A stretch of DNA of 64,000 bases from Rubrivivax sp. (GTDB lineage: Bacteria; Pseudomonadota; Gammaproteobacteria; Burkholderiales; Burkholderiaceae_C): contig JAUMBF010000092.1 of assembly GCA_032115875.1 (NCBI GenBank), positions 6,253 through 70,252 on the forward strand. The letters run 5' to 3'. Every line of letters begins with the position of its first letter. Position 1 is the first letter of the stretch. Below the pieces are notes generated by a model. The model saw nothing but the letters and a program-made list of their open reading frames with translations. It did no database searches and was not told where the DNA came from. A program made the translations under genes and the position numbers. Shown piece after piece: positions 45,009-55,502 of the stretch.

Positions 45009-46385
45009 CTACTGCAACCGGACCTCGACGCGACGTGCCGCCGGGTCCTCGCCGGCCACATTGGCACCGGTCAGCTGTGGCTTGTCCAAACGCACGCGGG
45101 CCGGGGCGATGCCGGCGGCCAGAAGCGCTTCACGCACTGCCTGGGCCCGCTTCCGGGCCAACTCCTCGTTGGCCGCCTTCTCACCAGCCACCGAGTGGTA
45201 GCCCGAGACCAGCACCACCGACTTCGGATTGCCACCCAGTGCCGTGAGCACAGACTCCAGGCCCTTGCCCTGATCGGCCACGAGCTCGTTGGATCCGACG
45301 CCAAAGAAGAGCACGGTGCGGCCAGCCTCGGTGACCGGCGGCGGCAGCGTCAGCAGCGGTGCCAGCGCCTGCAGACCGGGGTAGAGCTTGGCCATCTCCT
45401 TGCCGCCGAGTGGCTTGTTCTGGCCGGCGTGGCAAGTGGCGCAGTAGGCCTTGCCGATGTCGCCATGCGGACCCAGGCGGTCCTTGGGGAACGCGTCGGT
45501 AAGAGGCACCACATAGGTGTTGTTGATGTCACGCTCCATGCGGATGCCGTGCCAGGCCGTCACCTTCTTGGGGATCCAGCCGCCGAAGTTCTGCGAGTTG
45601 TGGCAGAAGGTGCAGTTCTGACCGAGGCTCTTGCTGAAGTGCATCATGAGCGCGTAGGTGCGCTCAGCCTGCTGGATGGGCGCGCCGTTGCCGATGCCCT
45701 GTGGCAGCGGCTGCTTGCCGTAGACCTTGATCTCGTCCTCGCCCAGCAGATAGCCGGAGTACGGGTCATAGGGCAGCGAGGTCAGCCCGGGGCCGGTGGC
45801 CTTGTTCTGGCCGAAGTCGTTGCCGAGGGCTCCGCCCAGTGAAGCGTTGCGCACCGGCGTGAGCGGCTTGAACCACATGTTCGCCGGCACGGGGGCGCCG
45901 CGGTGGCAGGTGTAGCAGGTCACGCCCGTGGCGCCGGTGTGCACCTTCCACTGGCTGTTCAGCGCCTGCGTCATCTGGATCATGCGCCGCGCCACGACCT
46001 TGGTGTACATCGAGTCGTCGGCGAAGTTGGCACCGTTGTGGCAGTAATTGCAGCCCTGCTCGGGCGACACCCACTGCGTGATGGCGTTCATGTGGCGGTT
46101 GAACTCGGCCACGGACAGGTCGCCCAGCACCTTGACGTTCTGGTAGACCTGCCCCGCCTTCGGGCCCTCTGCACTGGCGGGCGGCGCGTCTTCGGGGGGG
46201 GCGGGCCGGGCCGCGGCATCCTGGGCGGCCAAGCGCGGATTCACCGTGTGCTGCATCGCCGTGCCGCGGAAGCCCTGCTGGGCTGTGTCCACGGGCGGGC
46301 GTTCACAGCCCGACAGCAGCAGCGTGGCGCCGAGGGCTGCGATCGCGCCCAGCCGCGCCAGGGGGTAGGTGAGCGCCTTCATCAC
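45009..46385 (-). CDS. pufC: Reaction-centre tetraheme cytochrome c with fused C-terminal OmpA-like domain
   Basis: Lipobox [16 protein letters not shown], four CxxCH motifs; extra ~105 aa with FFG...SGYH...[12 protein letters not shown]...ARRVEV. Confidence 0.93.
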   Translation of the reverse strand: MMKALTYPLARLGAIAALGATLLLSGCERPPVDTAQQGFRGTAMQHTVNPRLAAQDAAARPAPPEDAPPASAEGPKAGQVYQNVKVLGDLSVAEFNRHMNAITQWVSPEQGCNYCHNGANFADDSMYTKVVARRMIQMTQALNSQWKVHTGATGVTCYTCHRGAPVPANMWFKPLTPVRNASLGGALGNDFGQNKATGPGLTSLPYDPYSGYLLGEDEIKVYGKQPLPQGIGNGAPIQQAERTYALMMHFSKSLGQNCTFCHNSQNFGGWIPKKVTAWHGIRMERDINNTYVVPLTDAFPKDRLGPHGDIGKAYCATCHAGQNKPLGGKEMAKLYPGLQALAPLLTLPPPVTEAGRTVLFFGVGSNELVADQGKGLESVLTALGGNPKSVVLVSGYHSVAGEKAANEELARKRAQAVREALLAAGIAPARVRLDKPQLTGANVAGEDPAARRVEVRLQ

Positions 46386-47368
46386 TTGGCTCCCGTCGTG
46401 AGCATGGAGGGGTCAATGGCCGTGCCCAGGACCGCCGGATAGCTCGGCGCCACATGGTGCTTGACCGCCCACAGGTACCAGTTGTCGACCACCGTACCCG
46501 ACAGCAGGATGCCGATGCCGCCGGTAATGGGCGTGAGCACCGCGAACCACCACGCCCAGCGGTGGATGGATTCCATCGTGGCGTTCCAGCCCATCGTCCA
46601 GCGCCAGAACAGGGCTGCGCGTTCGCTGGCCGTGCCGCGATCGACGATCTGGTCGATCTCGCGGTCACCACCGTAGCGTGTGACGGCCAGGATGGTGGCG
46701 CCGTGCATCGCGAACAGCAGCACGCTGCCGTACAGGAACACGATGCTGAGCGCGTGGAACGGGTTGTAGAACAGGTTGCCGTAGCGCAGCGAGAACGCAG
46801 CCGTCCAGTCCAGGTGGGGGAAGATCCCGTAGGGCACTCCCTCGCTCCAGCTGCCCATCAGCAGCGGCCTGAACAGGCCCAGCACCAGAAACAGCCAGAT
46901 GGCCGCCGCGAAGGCCCACGCGATGTGCGTGCCCATGCCGAGCTGGCGCGCGCGGTTGTAGGTGCGCATCCACCAGGTCAGCACGCTCACCAGCAGCAGC
47001 GCCGAGGCCAGCAGCCACCAGCCGCCCTCGTTCATCGGCGGGATCGACAAGCCGTACTTGGGGTGCGGCGGCTCCAGCGCCAGCCACGGCAGCTGCCGGA
47101 TGAATTCGATGGGGTTCCAGTTCACCGAGGCGAGCTGGTTGAAGCCCATGATGTTGATCGCGAGCGTGCCCGTGATGAGCGAGATCAGGCCCAGCGGCCC
47201 CAGATACAGCGGCCCGATCTGGGCATTGCCCAGGCGGCCGAACAGGTGCACGAGGAAAGGTTTGCCGACGCGCGTGTCGTTCTTGGGCGGCAACTCCACG
47301 CCGTCATGTGCGGGCCCGACGGGCTGCACGCGGGTGAACAGGTTCTGATAGGGAATCTGGCTCAGCAT
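46382..47368 (-). CDS. pufM: Reaction centre M subunit
   Basis: [47 protein letters not shown]. Confidence 0.98.
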   Translation of the reverse strand: MLSQIPYQNLFTRVQPVGPAHDGVELPPKNDTRVGKPFLVHLFGRLGNAQIGPLYLGPLGLISLITGTLAINIMGFNQLASVNWNPIEFIRQLPWLALEPPHPKYGLSIPPMNEGGWWLLASALLLVSVLTWWMRTYNRARQLGMGTHIAWAFAAAIWLFLVLGLFRPLLMGSWSEGVPYGIFPHLDWTAAFSLRYGNLFYNPFHALSIVFLYGSVLLFAMHGATILAVTRYGGDREIDQIVDRGTASERAALFWRWTMGWNATMESIHRWAWWFAVLTPITGGIGILLSGTVVDNWYLWAVKHHVAPSYPAVLGTAIDPSMLTTGAK

Positions 47369-47378
47369 GATCGGCTCC

Positions 47379-48203
47379 TCACTTCCAGATCGGCAGCTGC
47401 AGCCACCAGTTCCACCACTCGGGCCAGCCGCGGGTCCAGAACGGGCCGCTGATGACGATGCACACCGCGCTGAAGAAGCCCGAGGCCATGGCCAGGAACA
47501 GGCCCAGACGGTGGATGCCCAGCGTGCCCACCGAGTAGCCGATGAGATCGCGGAAGAAGGTGTCCTCGTAGTCCGGCGTCTTCACACGCTCGCCCTTGGG
47601 CGGGTTGGTGGCGCTCAGCACCAGTGCACCGTGCATGGCCAGGGCAAGCGTCGTCGTGAAGAAGAACGTGATCGCCAGCATGTGCGCCGGGTTGTAGTGG
47701 AAGTGCAGGTACTGGTAGCCGATGTTCGACACCCAGTCGAGGTGGCTCCAGATGCCGTACGGGAAGCCGTGCCCCCAGGCGCCCATCAGCACGGGGCGGA
47801 TCACCACCAGCGTGACATAGGCCAGGATGGCCATGCCGAAGGCCGCCGGCACGTGATAGCCCATGCCCAGTTTTCGGCAGATTTCCACCTCGCGCAGCGC
47901 CCAACTCACGAAGGCGCCGATGGCGCACACCGTGACGATCTGCCAGATGCCGCCTTCCTTGAGCGGCGCCAGGGCCAGGCCGTACTTCAGGTCGGGCGGG
48001 GCGATGTTGATGGTCCACGGGTTGAAGGTGCCCTGCACCGCCGCACCGTAGAAGATCATGGCCGTTCCGAGGAACGTGAAGAAGACGGTGGTGACGCCGA
48101 AGAAGCCGACGTAGAAGGGACCGACCCAGAAGTCGAACAGGTCACCCCCAACCAGGGTGCCGCCCCGCACCCGGTACTTGCGCTCGAAACTCAGCATGGC
48201 CAT
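47379..48203 (-). CDS. pufL: Reaction centre L subunit
   Basis: [36 protein letters not shown]. Confidence 0.98.
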   Translation of the reverse strand: MAMLSFERKYRVRGGTLVGGDLFDFWVGPFYVGFFGVTTVFFTFLGTAMIFYGAAVQGTFNPWTINIAPPDLKYGLALAPLKEGGIWQIVTVCAIGAFVSWALREVEICRKLGMGYHVPAAFGMAILAYVTLVVIRPVLMGAWGHGFPYGIWSHLDWVSNIGYQYLHFHYNPAHMLAITFFFTTTLALAMHGALVLSATNPPKGERVKTPDYEDTFFRDLIGYSVGTLGIHRLGLFLAMASGFFSAVCIVISGPFWTRGWPEWWNWWLQLPIWK

Positions 48204-48329
48204 GGCTATGGGTCCTCCGCACCCCGCGCCGCACCACGCCGTTCTGGCTGTAGCCGCGGCCCGGAGGCCTTGTGTTCGGATGGCAGTCGGAGCGGGCCGC
48301 CCTGTCGGGCGCGACGCCCCTCCTGCCGG

Positions 48330-48392
48330 GTACTGCTGGTACTGCTGGTACTGCGTGTACTGCGGGTCTTGCGGGTCTTGCGGGTACTGCTG
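48330..48392. repeat. Seven imperfect 9-bp tandem repeats in the pufA-pufL spacer
   Basis: GTACTGCTG x2, GTACTGCGT, GTACTGCGG, GTCTTGCGG x2, GTACTGCTG. Confidence 0.85.
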
Positions 48393-48413
48393 CAGCGGGC
48401 CGGAGCCCGCCGC
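48392..48413 (-). terminator. Intercistronic stem-loop after pufA
   Basis: Minus strand GCGGCGGGC-TCCG-GCCCGCTGC right after the pufA stop. Confidence 0.6.
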
Positions 48414-48414
48414 T

Positions 48415-48588
48415 TCACTTCTTCGCGGCCGCCTTGTCGACGACGGCGCGAGCGTTCGGACCGTCGAACCAGTTGTAGGTCGCGGTGCTGAGCAGGATGA
48501 GGTGGATCATCGCTGCCAGGCCAAAGAGGAAGATCCCCTGCACGACCATCGCGCGCAGCGGGTCGTAGAGCTTCCAGATACGCCACAT
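48415..48588 (-). CDS. pufA: LH1 alpha polypeptide
   Basis: [20 protein letters not shown] at His+11. Confidence 0.96.
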   Translation of the reverse strand: MWRIWKLYDPLRAMVVQGIFLFGLAAMIHLILLSTATYNWFDGPNARAVVDKAAAKK

Positions 48589-48599
48589 AGAGAGTTCTC

Positions 48600-48824
48600 C
48601 TATTGAAGGTGGGACATGAAGGTGTAGACCGCGGACTTGACGCCGCCGGTCATCGACTTCACGCCTTCCGCGCCGGGCAACCAGGAACGCCACTGGCAGC
48701 CGAACAACTGCCCGATCACCGCGATCAGCCCGAAGAGCACGAAGCCCAGCAGGAAGATGGTCGAGGTCGAGACCGAGTCGGTCTGTCCCTCGTGCCGGTG
48801 AGAAAGGTGTCGTGCGTCAGCCAT
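48600..48824 (-). CDS. 74-aa membrane protein between pufB and pufA
   Basis: AAGGAG RBS; one TM then WRSWLPGAEG...GGVKSAVYTFMSHL; stop codon overlaps the pufA RBS. Confidence 0.8.
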   Translation of the reverse strand: MADARHLSHRHEGQTDSVSTSTIFLLGFVLFGLIAVIGQLFGCQWRSWLPGAEGVKSMTGGVKSAVYTFMSHLQ

Positions 48825-48855
48825 TGCCGTCTCCTTCAGTCGCGTCGGGGGTCGG

Positions 48856-49002
48856 TCAGAGCCAGGGTCGCCAGATCCAGACCAGGAGGTGTGCGACCAC
48901 GGCTACCGCCGTGAAACCCACAAACCCCTGGACCCAGAACCGGTGAAACTCCTGGGCCTCGTCGTCAGTCAGGCCCGAGATCGAGCCCTTGCGTTCAGCC
49001 AT
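48856..49002 (-). CDS. pufB: LH1 beta polypeptide
   Basis: [27 protein letters not shown]; GAGGAG RBS. Confidence 0.97.
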   Translation of the reverse strand: MAERKGSISGLTDDEAQEFHRFWVQGFVGFTAVAVVAHLLVWIWRPWL

Positions 49003-49149
49003 TGGAATGACTCCTCTGCTTCGGCCTCGCGGCCGCCTTTGCGCCAAGCCCGCGCAATGGGGCAGCCGTGGCCCAACGCCACGACATCGGGTGGGGAGCG
49101 CGCGAAACGCCGGCTCCTGGATTCGCTTTGAAGACGGTGGTGGGCTGCG

Positions 49150-50646
49150 TCATGACGGCACCCCGCGCGCTTCGGGAAGGTGATCGACGCTGACCGCCGC
49201 AGCCCCGGCACGGCGTGCCGCGGCCTCAGCGGCGTCGCGCCACTGCTTGGCCGCCGAGATGCGCACCAGAACCGGTTCGTTCTCGACGCGCTCGGCCAGC
49301 AGCGCCTGAGCGTCTTCGTCCCAGGGCAGCGGCGCTTCGTGCCCGACGCCGCTGCGGGCTGGCGTGGCCTCGATGCGGTCGAGCTCGGTGCCCAGCGGCA
49401 GGATGTGGAACAGCGCGTCGAACAGCGCGTTGCAGAATTCCTGCACCAGGTAGGTGGCACCGGCATAACCCATGAACGGCGTACCCGTGGCACGGCGAAT
49501 CAGCGCACCCGGAAAGCTTGCCGGGATCCAACACGGCTTGGGCCCCAAGCCGCTGCTCGCCTCGGCCAGATACATGCGTTCGTTGTAAGAGCCGTAGAGC
49601 ACCAGCGGCGTCTTGTCGTGCACGAGGCGACGCACCGTCTCGTTGTCGGTCTTGGCTCCAGCCTTGCGCGGCACCGCGAACTGGCAGGGCAGCCCCAACT
49701 CGTCTTCGAAGAAGTGACGGATGCCGCGCGTGTAGGTTTCGTTCGCCACCACCGCGAAACTGGCGGTGCCGAAGAAATCTTGCGTGACGCTGCGCCAGAG
49801 GTCCCAGATCGGCTTGATCGTGGTGTGCTTCTCGCGCTCGATGAAGGGCTCGGGGTCCAGGTGCAGCAGCGCGCCCAGCTCGCGCAGGAACGCAGTCGTG
49901 CTGAACAGGCCGATGGGCGCTTGCAGGTAGGGGCGCTCCAGGGCCTCGCAGAGCATGCGGCCGTATTCGCGGTACAGGCACACGTTCACGTCGGCGTTCG
50001 CCAGGTCCGCCACGTCGGCCAGGTGGCTGCCGAGTGGGAACACCATGTTCACCTCGGCACCGATGCCCTCCACCAGGCGGCGGATCTCGGCCACGTCGCT
50101 GGGCATGTTGAAGGTGCCGTAGCAGGGGCCGATGAGATTGACACGCGGCTTCTCGCCCGCGGGGCGCTGGTCGAACGGCGTGCGCTCGGGCACCTTGCGC
50201 GGGCCATGCTGCTGCCACAGCCAATACATCGCGCGGTTGGCGCACTGCCACTGGTCTTCGTCGATGGTGCGCGGCAGGAAGCGCTGGATCGTCGTGCCCT
50301 CTGGCGTGACGCCGCCGCCGATCATCTCGGCGATCGAGCCTGTCACCACCACCGCGGGCAGGTCGGGGTCGAGTGCGGCGTGCGCCTTCTTCATCGCACC
50401 TTCGGTGCCTTCGCGGCCCAGTTGCTCCTCGGCGAGGCCCGTCACCACGATGGGCAGTTCGTGCGGCGGCAGCGCGTCGGTGTAGTGCAGCACGCTGGTC
50501 ACGGGCAGGTTCTCGCAGCCCACCGGGCCGTCGATCACCACCTGCAGGCCCTTGATGGCCGTGAACACGTAGACCGCACCCCAGTAACCGCCGGCGCGGT
50601 CGTGGTCGATCACGTAGTTGAGCTTCGGAGATCCGGACCTGTCCAT
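49150..50646 (-). CDS. bchZ: Chlorophyllide reductase subunit Z
   Basis: [36 protein letters not shown]. Confidence 0.97.
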   Translation of the reverse strand: MDRSGSPKLNYVIDHDRAGGYWGAVYVFTAIKGLQVVIDGPVGCENLPVTSVLHYTDALPPHELPIVVTGLAEEQLGREGTEGAMKKAHAALDPDLPAVVVTGSIAEMIGGGVTPEGTTIQRFLPRTIDEDQWQCANRAMYWLWQQHGPRKVPERTPFDQRPAGEKPRVNLIGPCYGTFNMPSDVAEIRRLVEGIGAEVNMVFPLGSHLADVADLANADVNVCLYREYGRMLCEALERPYLQAPIGLFSTTAFLRELGALLHLDPEPFIEREKHTTIKPIWDLWRSVTQDFFGTASFAVVANETYTRGIRHFFEDELGLPCQFAVPRKAGAKTDNETVRRLVHDKTPLVLYGSYNERMYLAEASSGLGPKPCWIPASFPGALIRRATGTPFMGYAGATYLVQEFCNALFDALFHILPLGTELDRIEATPARSGVGHEAPLPWDEDAQALLAERVENEPVLVRISAAKQWRDAAEAAARRAGAAAVSVDHLPEARGVPS

Positions 50647-52166
50647 CAGATCATCTCCTCGGCCTTGCGCTTCTTCTGGATCTTGATGATCTGGCGCCGC
50701 GTCTCGGCGCGGAACTCGGGCCGCAGCACGGGCTTGTCGCTCCACACGCCGGCCTGGTCGCCCTCGCCCACCTCGCCGAAGAACTCGCGCATCTGCTCGA
50801 AGCGCGCCTTGTTGGCGATGGCCGCGTTGACCACCTGTGCCAGGCTGCCGGCACCGGCGGGGCCCATGAGCGGACGGGCGCTGATGAGGTTGGTGAAGTA
50901 CAGCCCCGGGATCGTGGCCGCCTTGGCCGCCTGCACCACGGGCGTGGTGCCGATGGCGAGATCAGGCCGGAACTCGCGCACGGCGGCGATGTCCTGCTCC
51001 AGGCTGGCGCGGAATTGCACGTGCACGCCGCGCGCCTGCAGCCAGGCGAGGTCGGGCGCGCTCCAGGGCGTCTGCGGGCAGGCTGTGCCCACGTAGGGCA
51101 CCTCAGCGCCGCTGTCGATGAGCAGGCGGGCCACGAGCAACTCGCTGCCCTCGTAACCGCTCACCGTGATCCGGCCCTTGATCGGCGTCTTGGCCAGCAC
51201 GCCGCGGATGGCGGGCAGGAAGCGGTTCTTGGCGGCGTCGATCTGCGCCTGCGGCACATTGCACGCCGCGCCCACGGCCTGGAGCCAGGCCTCGGTGCCG
51301 TCGTGGCCCACGGGGGCCGATGGCAGCACGGTGCGGCCGGCGGCCTCGAACTCGCGCACGCTGGCGGTGTAGAAGGGATGGATGGCGGCCACGGCCGCGC
51401 AATCGAGCGCGGCGTAGAGCTCGCGCCACTCGCGCGTGGGGACCACGGGGCCGGCGGCCAGGCCCATAGGCTCGAGCAGCGCGCCGATGACCATCGGGTC
51501 GGCCGGGAACATCTCGCCCAGCAGCGTGATCGTCGGCTTGCCGCTCACGCCCTGGCGCGGCGCCATCACCGGGCCGGCCTCGGCTTCGACGCGGGCGTAG
51601 CGCAGCATGGCCCCGGCCAGCACGTCCTTGGCCTCGGCGTGCGTGGGCACACCAAAGCCGGGCACGTCGATGCCGATGATGCGCACGCCGTCGATGGCCC
51701 TGGGCAGCAGTTGCAGCGGCACACCGCTGGCGGTGGGCACGCACAGGTTGATGATGACGATGGCGTCAAGGTCTTCCGCCTTGGCCTGCGCGTGGACGGC
51801 GTCGCGGATGTCCTCGAACAGCTTGCCCGTGACCAGCGTCTCGCTGTTGAAGGGCACGTAGCCCACGCTGCGACGCGCGCCGTAGAAGTGGCTGGTGAAG
51901 GTCAGGCCGTACACGCAGCAGGCGCTGCCGCTCAGGATGGTGGCGGTGCGCCGCATGCGCAGGCCCACGCGCAGCGAGCCGAAGGCCGGGCACATGCTCT
52001 GCGGCTGCTCGTGCGGGCCCTGGCCTTCTTCGGGCCCGGCCACGGGATAGTCCTTCGCGTACTGCGCGAGCACCTCCGACTTGCCGGCGGCCTGCGCCGC
52101 GGCCAGCATGCCGCTGCGGTCGCTGCACGACAGCGCCTCGGCGGCCGGCGCGTCAGGCCGCGTCAT
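50646..52166 (-). CDS. bchY: Chlorophyllide reductase subunit Y
   Basis: [36 protein letters not shown]. Confidence 0.97.
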   Translation of the reverse strand: MTRPDAPAAEALSCSDRSGMLAAAQAAGKSEVLAQYAKDYPVAGPEEGQGPHEQPQSMCPAFGSLRVGLRMRRTATILSGSACCVYGLTFTSHFYGARRSVGYVPFNSETLVTGKLFEDIRDAVHAQAKAEDLDAIVIINLCVPTASGVPLQLLPRAIDGVRIIGIDVPGFGVPTHAEAKDVLAGAMLRYARVEAEAGPVMAPRQGVSGKPTITLLGEMFPADPMVIGALLEPMGLAAGPVVPTREWRELYAALDCAAVAAIHPFYTASVREFEAAGRTVLPSAPVGHDGTEAWLQAVGAACNVPQAQIDAAKNRFLPAIRGVLAKTPIKGRITVSGYEGSELLVARLLIDSGAEVPYVGTACPQTPWSAPDLAWLQARGVHVQFRASLEQDIAAVREFRPDLAIGTTPVVQAAKAATIPGLYFTNLISARPLMGPAGAGSLAQVVNAAIANKARFEQMREFFGEVGEGDQAGVWSDKPVLRPEFRAETRRQIIKIQKKRKAEEMI

Positions 52167-53157
52167 ACACCACCTCGAGCGTGGGCTTCACCAGCTCGGT
52201 CTTGCCGACCATGTCGAACAGCGTCGCCGGCTCCATCTTGAAGTCGCGGCCCGTGACCTCGGCGCTGAACAGGCCCAGCAGCTCGTCCTGCGTCTGCGGC
52301 TTCGGGCGCACCGGCGGCGCCTCGGCGACGTTCTTCGCCAGCTCGGCGAACAGCGGGCCCCAGTCGCCATCGGGCTTGCCGATGATCTCGTAGCTGGCGC
52401 TCTTGCGGCGGATATCCTCGTGCGCCGGGATGGCCGCCAGCACCGGAATGCCGGCATTGGCCGCGAACTTCTGCGCCTCGCCCGTGCCGTCGTCCTTGTT
52501 GATCACCATGCCGGCCACGCCGACGTTGCCGCCAAGCTTGCGGAAGTACTCGACCGCGCTGCACACGTTGTTGGCCACGTACAGGCTCTGCAGGTCGTTG
52601 CTGCCGACGACGATGACCTTCTGGCACATGTCGCGCGCAATCGGCAGGCCGAAGCCGCCGCAGACCACATCGCCCAGGAAGTCGAGCAGCACGTAGTCGA
52701 AGCCCCAGTCGTGGAAGCCGAGTTTCTCGAGCGTCTCGAAGCCGTGGATGATGCCCCGCCCGCCGCAGCCTCGGCCGACTTCGGGCCCGCCGAGCTCCAT
52801 CGCGTAGACACCGTCGCGCTTGAAGCAGACGTCGCCGATGGCCACGGCCTCGCCGGCCAGCTTCTTCTTGCTGCTGGTCTCGATGATGGTGGGCGTGGCC
52901 TTGCCGCCGAACAGCAGGCTCGTGGTGTCGCTTTTCGGGTCGCAGCCGATCAGCAGCACCTTCTTGCCCTGCTGGGCCATCATGTAGCTGAGGTTGGCCA
53001 GCGTGAAACTCTTGCCGATGCCGCCCTTGCCATAGATGGCAATGATCTGGGTCGTCTTGGCCGCCGGGCTGGTGGGCACCGGATCGGGCTCGATGGCCGC
53101 TTCGGCCTTCAGGCGCTCGTCGCGCAGGAAGATGACGGGGGACGCAGTACCGCTCAT
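52153..53157 (-). CDS. bchX: Chlorophyllide reductase Fe protein
   Basis: [35 protein letters not shown]. Confidence 0.97.
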   Translation of the reverse strand: MSGTASPVIFLRDERLKAEAAIEPDPVPTSPAAKTTQIIAIYGKGGIGKSFTLANLSYMMAQQGKKVLLIGCDPKSDTTSLLFGGKATPTIIETSSKKKLAGEAVAIGDVCFKRDGVYAMELGGPEVGRGCGGRGIIHGFETLEKLGFHDWGFDYVLLDFLGDVVCGGFGLPIARDMCQKVIVVGSNDLQSLYVANNVCSAVEYFRKLGGNVGVAGMVINKDDGTGEAQKFAANAGIPVLAAIPAHEDIRRKSASYEIIGKPDGDWGPLFAELAKNVAEAPPVRPKPQTQDELLGLFSAEVTGRDFKMEPATLFDMVGKTELVKPTLEVVYDAA

Positions 53158-54107
53158 TGGCAACCCTTCCAGTCGAGAACCATCTTCAGGCAATGCATGT
53201 CACTGAAGGCCGTGCGATAGGCCCCTGCGGCGTGCTCGGCACGCTCGCGGTGGGTGATGAGACCCGTCAGGTCGAGCCGGCCTTCCTGGGCCAACTGCCG
53301 CACAGCCAGCATGTCGGCGCGCTGCCACTCCGCAGCGGCGCGGATCTGCGCCTCGCGCATGAAGGCGGGCGCAAAGTTGAAGGCCAACGGCTCGGCATAG
53401 AAGCCCGCGAGCACGATCTCGCCGCCCTTGGCCAGGTGCGGCATGACCTTGTCGATGATGCGCACGTCACCGCTCACGTCGTACACGGCGCGGTAGTCGC
53501 GCCGCTGGTCAGCCTCGGGGGCGATGACCTCGTAGCCGCGCGCGCCTTCGCTGCGGGTGGCCTCAAGCTCCCATACGGTCGGCGGCGGCAGGCCGGCGGC
53601 CACCGTCAGGCGCGCCAGGAGCCGGCCCAGCACGCCGTGACCGATGATGAGATCGGGCGGATTCACCGGGTGCCTGGTGCCACCGCCGGAGACCGCGTGG
53701 TAGGCCGTGGCGGCCAGCGCCAGCAGCACCGCGTGCTCGCCCAGGCCGGCGTCTACGCTGACCACCCGATCGTCACCCACCACCAGCCGCGCGGCAGCGC
53801 CACCGAAGAGGCCCCTGACGGGCCCGAAGCAGCGGGCACCCGGCACGAACACCGTCGAGCCCACCTTGTGCCGGGCCTTCGGGCCCGCCTGCACGACACG
53901 ACCCACCGACTCGTAGCCCGGCACCAACGGGTAGCCCATGCCAGGAAACATGGGCATACGCCCGGTCCACAGGAGCTTCTCGGTGCCGGTGCTGATGCCC
54001 GACCAGTCGATGTCGACGACGAGGTCGCTCTCCCCGGCGGCGTCGAGCTTGAGCTCGTCCAGCGCCAGCGACTCTGGCGCCTGCATCACGACAGCAGCGG
54101 TTTTCAC
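53154..54107 (-). CDS. bchC: 3-hydroxyethyl bacteriochlorophyllide a dehydrogenase
   Basis: WSGISTGTE, PGMGYPLVPGYE, GHGVLG, LAGFY, CLKMVLDW. Confidence 0.96.
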   Translation of the reverse strand: MKTAAVVMQAPESLALDELKLDAAGESDLVVDIDWSGISTGTEKLLWTGRMPMFPGMGYPLVPGYESVGRVVQAGPKARHKVGSTVFVPGARCFGPVRGLFGGAAARLVVGDDRVVSVDAGLGEHAVLLALAATAYHAVSGGGTRHPVNPPDLIIGHGVLGRLLARLTVAAGLPPPTVWELEATRSEGARGYEVIAPEADQRRDYRAVYDVSGDVRIIDKVMPHLAKGGEIVLAGFYAEPLAFNFAPAFMREAQIRAAAEWQRADMLAVRQLAQEGRLDLTGLITHRERAEHAAGAYRTAFSDMHCLKMVLDWKGCQ

Positions 54108-54187
54108 GCGGGCTCCCGGTGGACTGCCGATCCGGGCCGGCCGGGACCGTCGAGCCTGAGGATGGTGGGGATTCGAGACATCGTGGG

Positions 54188-54231
54188 TGTCATCCTAGCC
54201 TGACACTTGTGCATGTCAATAGGTCTTTACT
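54188..54231. promoter_or_regulatory. Tandem PpsR boxes at the bchC promoter
   Basis: TGT-N12-ACA (54188-54205) and TGT-N12-ACT (54214-54231), 8 bp apart. Confidence 0.88.
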
Positions 54232-55489
54232 TGTCTTGTTCGCGAAACGATCGTTCCGGCGCTGACGCAGCGCCGGATGCATCCGCTGCGCGCCGGGCGA
54301 CCAGCACGCCGGCTTGCAGCGGCATTCGGGTGCGGCGGGTGCGCACGTCGGTGAACCCGGCCTGCTGCAACAGCACAGCCAGCGCCTGCGCAGTGCGCGG
54401 CTGGCCACGCCCCATGGCCAGCAGGTACAGGCCGAAGTAGGCGTCGCCCATGGCATGCGCACCGGGCGCGTCAGCCATCGGCTCGGCCACGACCAGGGTG
54501 CCGCCGGGCGGCAACACCCGCGCCACCGCGCGCAGGATCGACAACGCGTGCTCGTCGTCGTGGTCGAACAGCACCCGCACGAGTGTCGCCAGGTCGGCAC
54601 CGGTGGGCAGCGAGTCGTCGAAGAAGCTGCCCCCATGCACCTCGACGCGCCCTCCCAGGCCCTGGCTCCCCAGGCGCGCGCGCGCCAGCTCGGCCACCGG
54701 GGGCAGGTCGAACAGCATCGCGCGCAGGCGGGGTGCTGCGGCCAGCGCCGCCGAGACGAAACGGCCCTCGCCGCCGCCCACGTCGAGCAGCACGCGGTGA
54801 CGCCCCAAGGGGTAGGCGTCGAGCAGCTCCTCGATGACCATCGATTGCGACGCCGTCATGAGCGCGGAGTACTCGGCCACCTGGCGCATGGGCAGCGCCT
54901 CGGCGCCCTGGTCGGGGGCGCCCTGGCGCGCCGGGTAGCTGGCGTAGGGCCAGTAGGCGGCCATGGCGCTGCCGGCGCCTTCGTCGCGCAGAAGCGCCAC
55001 GGGGTCGCGCAGGTCGGCGTACAGCGTGACGTGGTGCTCCACCATCGCCGCGAGCGCGCTGTTGCCGACCATCGGCGCGCCCAGCGCACCCAGACCGTAG
55101 CGACCGCCGCCGTGCCGGCGCAACAGGCGCAAGGCCACGCCGGCATCGAGCAGGCGTTGCATCGAGCGCAGCGGCAGGCCGTGACGCTGGGCCATGCGCA
55201 CCGCAGTGTCGGGGCCCGAAGCGAGCTGCTCGAACAGGCCCAGCCGCACGCAGGCCAGCAGCACCTGGGTGTAGACAAAGCCCGCGACAAGGTCGAACAG
55301 CTCGCCCGCCCGCCGCCGCACCAGCGGCCGCGTCAGCCAAAAGCCGCTGGCCCAGCGCCGAAACCCGGGGCGGACGACGAGGCCGTCGACGAAGCCCTGC
55401 CATCGCTCACGCCAGCTGACCACCGGCTCAGTCGCCGCGGCCCGCCACTTCAGGACCTCGCTGTCGCGCGGCTCGGTGCGGCTGGTCAT
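54227..55489 (-). CDS. crtF: Hydroxyneurosporene O-methyltransferase
   Basis: LFDLVAGFVYTQ, LDVGGGEG, VRVLFDHDD, AYFGLYLLAMGRG. Confidence 0.93.
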   Translation of the reverse strand: MTSRTEPRDSEVLKWRAAATEPVVSWRERWQGFVDGLVVRPGFRRWASGFWLTRPLVRRRAGELFDLVAGFVYTQVLLACVRLGLFEQLASGPDTAVRMAQRHGLPLRSMQRLLDAGVALRLLRRHGGGRYGLGALGAPMVGNSALAAMVEHHVTLYADLRDPVALLRDEGAGSAMAAYWPYASYPARQGAPDQGAEALPMRQVAEYSALMTASQSMVIEELLDAYPLGRHRVLLDVGGGEGRFVSAALAAAPRLRAMLFDLPPVAELARARLGSQGLGGRVEVHGGSFFDDSLPTGADLATLVRVLFDHDDEHALSILRAVARVLPPGGTLVVAEPMADAPGAHAMGDAYFGLYLLAMGRGQPRTAQALAVLLQQAGFTDVRTRRTRMPLQAGVLVARRAADASGAASAPERSFREQDK

Positions 55490-55502
55490 CGTCAGGCGGC
55501 GC

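Noticed and set aside
48330-48392. CRISPR-like array
   Set aside because: Units are 9 bp, contiguous, have no spacers, and there are no cas genes.
48415-48588. Ca2+-binding red-shifted LH1
   Set aside because: The alpha C-terminus is NWFDGP, lacking the WxxDxI motif of Ca-binding LH1.
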